Positions 61,390-64,000 of a DNA stretch of 64,000 nucleotides are shown here, piece by piece. The DNA lies in contig NC_068988.1 in the NCBI RefSeq assembly GCF_001194135.2, positions 11,462,874 to 11,526,873 on the forward strand, read 5' to 3'. A model generated the notes under the pieces. That model had not been told where the DNA came from and made no database searches. It worked only from the letters and a program-made list of their open reading frames with translations. The stretch's first letter is position 1, and each line of letters begins with the position of its first letter. Both the position numbers and the translations under genes were made by a program. This DNA comes from Octopus bimaculoides (Eukaryota).

Positions 61390-62760
61390 CGTTAAACATC
61401 AAGTGGATACCGAAAATAAAGAAAGCAGAGAAATAGGGACTCAAAAATTAATCAGGCATTCCATAAATAATATCGGTATAATGTGAGGAAATACTTAACA
61501 TCTCTGTTGCTAACGTTTATGTGAAAATAGATATAAATATACAATATAAATAATGCACATATAATTGGGAAAATGTCATGTTACATATGTCATTTCGTGA
61601 TATTTGTTTTTCTGGAATCTTTCTTGACTTCCAATTAGTTAAAACTAAGGATAAGTTAATATGATTGCTGAAAATGAAACTCACTATGCTTGATACGTAA
61701 AAAAAAAGTTATGCTTCATTGTACAAACGTAAAATGTTAAGGTTATTAACAGAAAAGGTGGTTAGGAAAAAAATAAGACAGAATATGTATATTGCAACAT
61801 CAAAGAGGATAAACACCAGTGTTAATCAATAGATATGCCAGCGAGGAATCTAGAATGCAGATATATTTTCAGTGATGTGTGGTTTAATGAATCCTGGCAG
61901 TCGTTATGTGTTATATAATATCATATAATATCAACGAGACAATTTTTAAATATCAAATGATGAAATAAGTGCATCAAACACACTGTCAAAAGTGGGAAAA
62001 TTAACAGCTTGAAGAATTTTTCAATAAGTTCTTTGAACCTTTGAATACGTAGATGTTTGGTGCAACCCAGATCTAATTATACGGAATTCTTTTTCCCTTT
62101 TCTTTTTTTTTTTTTTTTTTTTTTTTCATTATTTTTGAAAAGTTGGAGAGAAAATTCTTCGCATATTTGTAAAGGATCAAATATACGACAAAGTTCCCCA
62201 CAATTTAATATTTGAGATGTAAGCTGTCAGGGAGCATGGTTTAATAAATCTATATGAGATATATTGCAATTTGCGTCAGTGCTTCATGATGGAAGTACTG
62301 AAAACGGTTTCAATAGTCATGAAAGTATATTAGCAAAACCATTTACTGAAAACCTACCAAAATTCTCCAAATTTCAATCATTCTATTAAGTATCGTGTTT
62401 TGCAAGAAAGAAATGCAATATTATCCATAGGATCATGAATCTTGATAGAAAAAATAACTTCAGTTCAGCACCACAGCTTTCAAATAAAGACTATCTGTAA
62501 AAGGATTGCAATCAATTACTTCGTTGAAGGCAGTCTGAAAATAACAAAATCTTTGAAATTTAGTTTTCCTTTTATTTCTTGAAATATCTAAATAACAGCT
62601 TTGAATATAACATTTTCTGCTTCATTTCTAATACACCATATCAAACCAAATTACTTACTAGGAAGTCCAATGTACAGCTCAAAAACCTAATGCTACGCAA
62701 TTACAACTCTAATGCAAAATACTGGCACAAAAACATATTGAGCATGATATTATTTACAGG
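61390..62760 (+). pseudogene. Possible very old L1/Tx1-like ORF2 relic
   Basis: Weak ordered motifs IKWI, CEEILNISV, LKMKLT, G*TPVLIN, VWCNP, DYL*KDC; heavy decay. Confidence 0.3.
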
Positions 62761-63277
62761 GTGAAACACAAAAATATGCGGCTATCACGCAATTAAACCG
62801 TTGTTGAGAATATGCTAATCTATAATTACATGTTTTGGAGATTGAAAACATCCACAGTTAAATTATACGAAATCCAAATATGTCTTGGTATACAGCATAG
62901 ACTGAATTTCATGTCTATAATCATAAATAATTTGTAAAATACAAAAAAATATAAAACTTGAAATGTTCGGGCTTCATTATAATATAGATTGGAAGCGGGG
63001 AAAATATTGCCAGTAAAATTCGCAGAAAAATAATCAAATAGGATTTGCGACAAAAACGCTTTTAGAAATCGAGGAAAAAATGTTATAATATTCCTCACTT
63101 TTAGGGAGATATTGTGGAAAGAAGGTTTGGTAGTTATTCCTTTTGTATCAGGTATGAAGCAAGAATCAATCCTGACGTAAACAGAGGAAAATTGTCAAAA
63201 ATATCTCGAACACCCAGTGTACACCGATGTAAATATAATGTCGTAAGTATATACATACATATATACATATGTATATA

Positions 63278-64000
63278 CAGGGGTTGGACAAAATAAGGGA
63301 AACACCTAGCATCATAGAATCATAATTTTGAAATATCTATAAAACCGTCAAATGCTTGTTTATTTTTATGTTTTTTGATTTATTATTAGTGTTGCCGTTT
63401 CTTCATCAGAAAAAGGTAATTAAAATTCATTAAAATAACAGATACATCGGACTTTAAAAGAGGTTAAATTGTTGATGCTCGTATAGCAGGTGCTAGCGTA
63501 ACGAAAACAGCCGAAATGTTTGGTGCATCAAGAAGTACTTTTTTGAAAGTAATCATAGCCTTTGAAAAAGAGGAAGAAAAACCTCCTCGTTGAAATAAAT
63601 CTCCGGAAGAAATACAAAACGTTCAGATAGGGACCATCGGACTCTTACGAATTGTTAGAAACAATAACAAAATTACAGCTCTCAAAATCACTGCAGAGCT
63701 TAATGACCACCTCGACAACCCAGTTTCCACAAAATCTGTTCGCCAGGAGCTGCACAAAACCGGATTTCACGGGAGGGCTGCAGTTAGAAAACCATTATTT
63801 TCAAAAACAAACGTTGCAAAGTGTTTAGAGTGGAATAAAAACCTACAGAATTGGTCCCTAGAGCAGTGGAAGAATGTTATTTTCTCGGACGAGTCATCCT
63901 TTATCTTATTTCCAACCACTGGCCGAGTATACGCGTGGAGACAACCAAAAGAAGCATTTAACGCAGACTCCCTTCTTCCAACTGCTAAATATGGAGGAGG
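63278..64000 (+). mobile_element. Tc1-family transposon copy 2 (same family as 23349; runs off the window)
   Basis: TA|CAGGGGTTGGACAAAATAAGGGAAACACC; decayed transposase from 63435 (ATG changed to ATA) through WKNVIFSDESSF to the window end. Confidence 0.95.

Overview
Non-coding, repeat-saturated, AT-rich animal genomic DNA from a gappy short-read scaffold (about 7 kb of N in 21 gaps, nearly all flanked by microsatellites). The microsatellite load and the tRNA/CORE-type SINE families look like a cephalopod, probably Octopus; this is recalled resemblance, not a database result. I found no intact protein-coding gene, and almost all ORFs in the track are translated microsatellites or N-gaps. Recognisable content: about 45 SINE copies of at least 4 families; two decayed Tc1 copies, with DD36E spacing visible in the first; a mariner MITE; a hAT-Charlie-type element nested in an RTE LINE; and relics of RTE, RLE-type (R4/Dong/NeSL-like), L1/Tx1-like and hAT elements. 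The most notable signal is Penelope-type (PLE) minimal hammerhead ribozyme (HHR) motifs in three separate families. One is a roughly 310-bp SINE-like element with a tRNA-derived Pol III head, an internal (AAT)n and an HHR (copies at 7.6, 38.6 and 55.4 kb). One of those copies has a head-to-head fold-back and another has a 5' inversion flanked by a 12-bp TSD. A PLE GIY-YIG endonuclease relic with its own HHR lies at 47.7-48.4 kb. Boundaries of degenerate repeats are approximate, read by eye.
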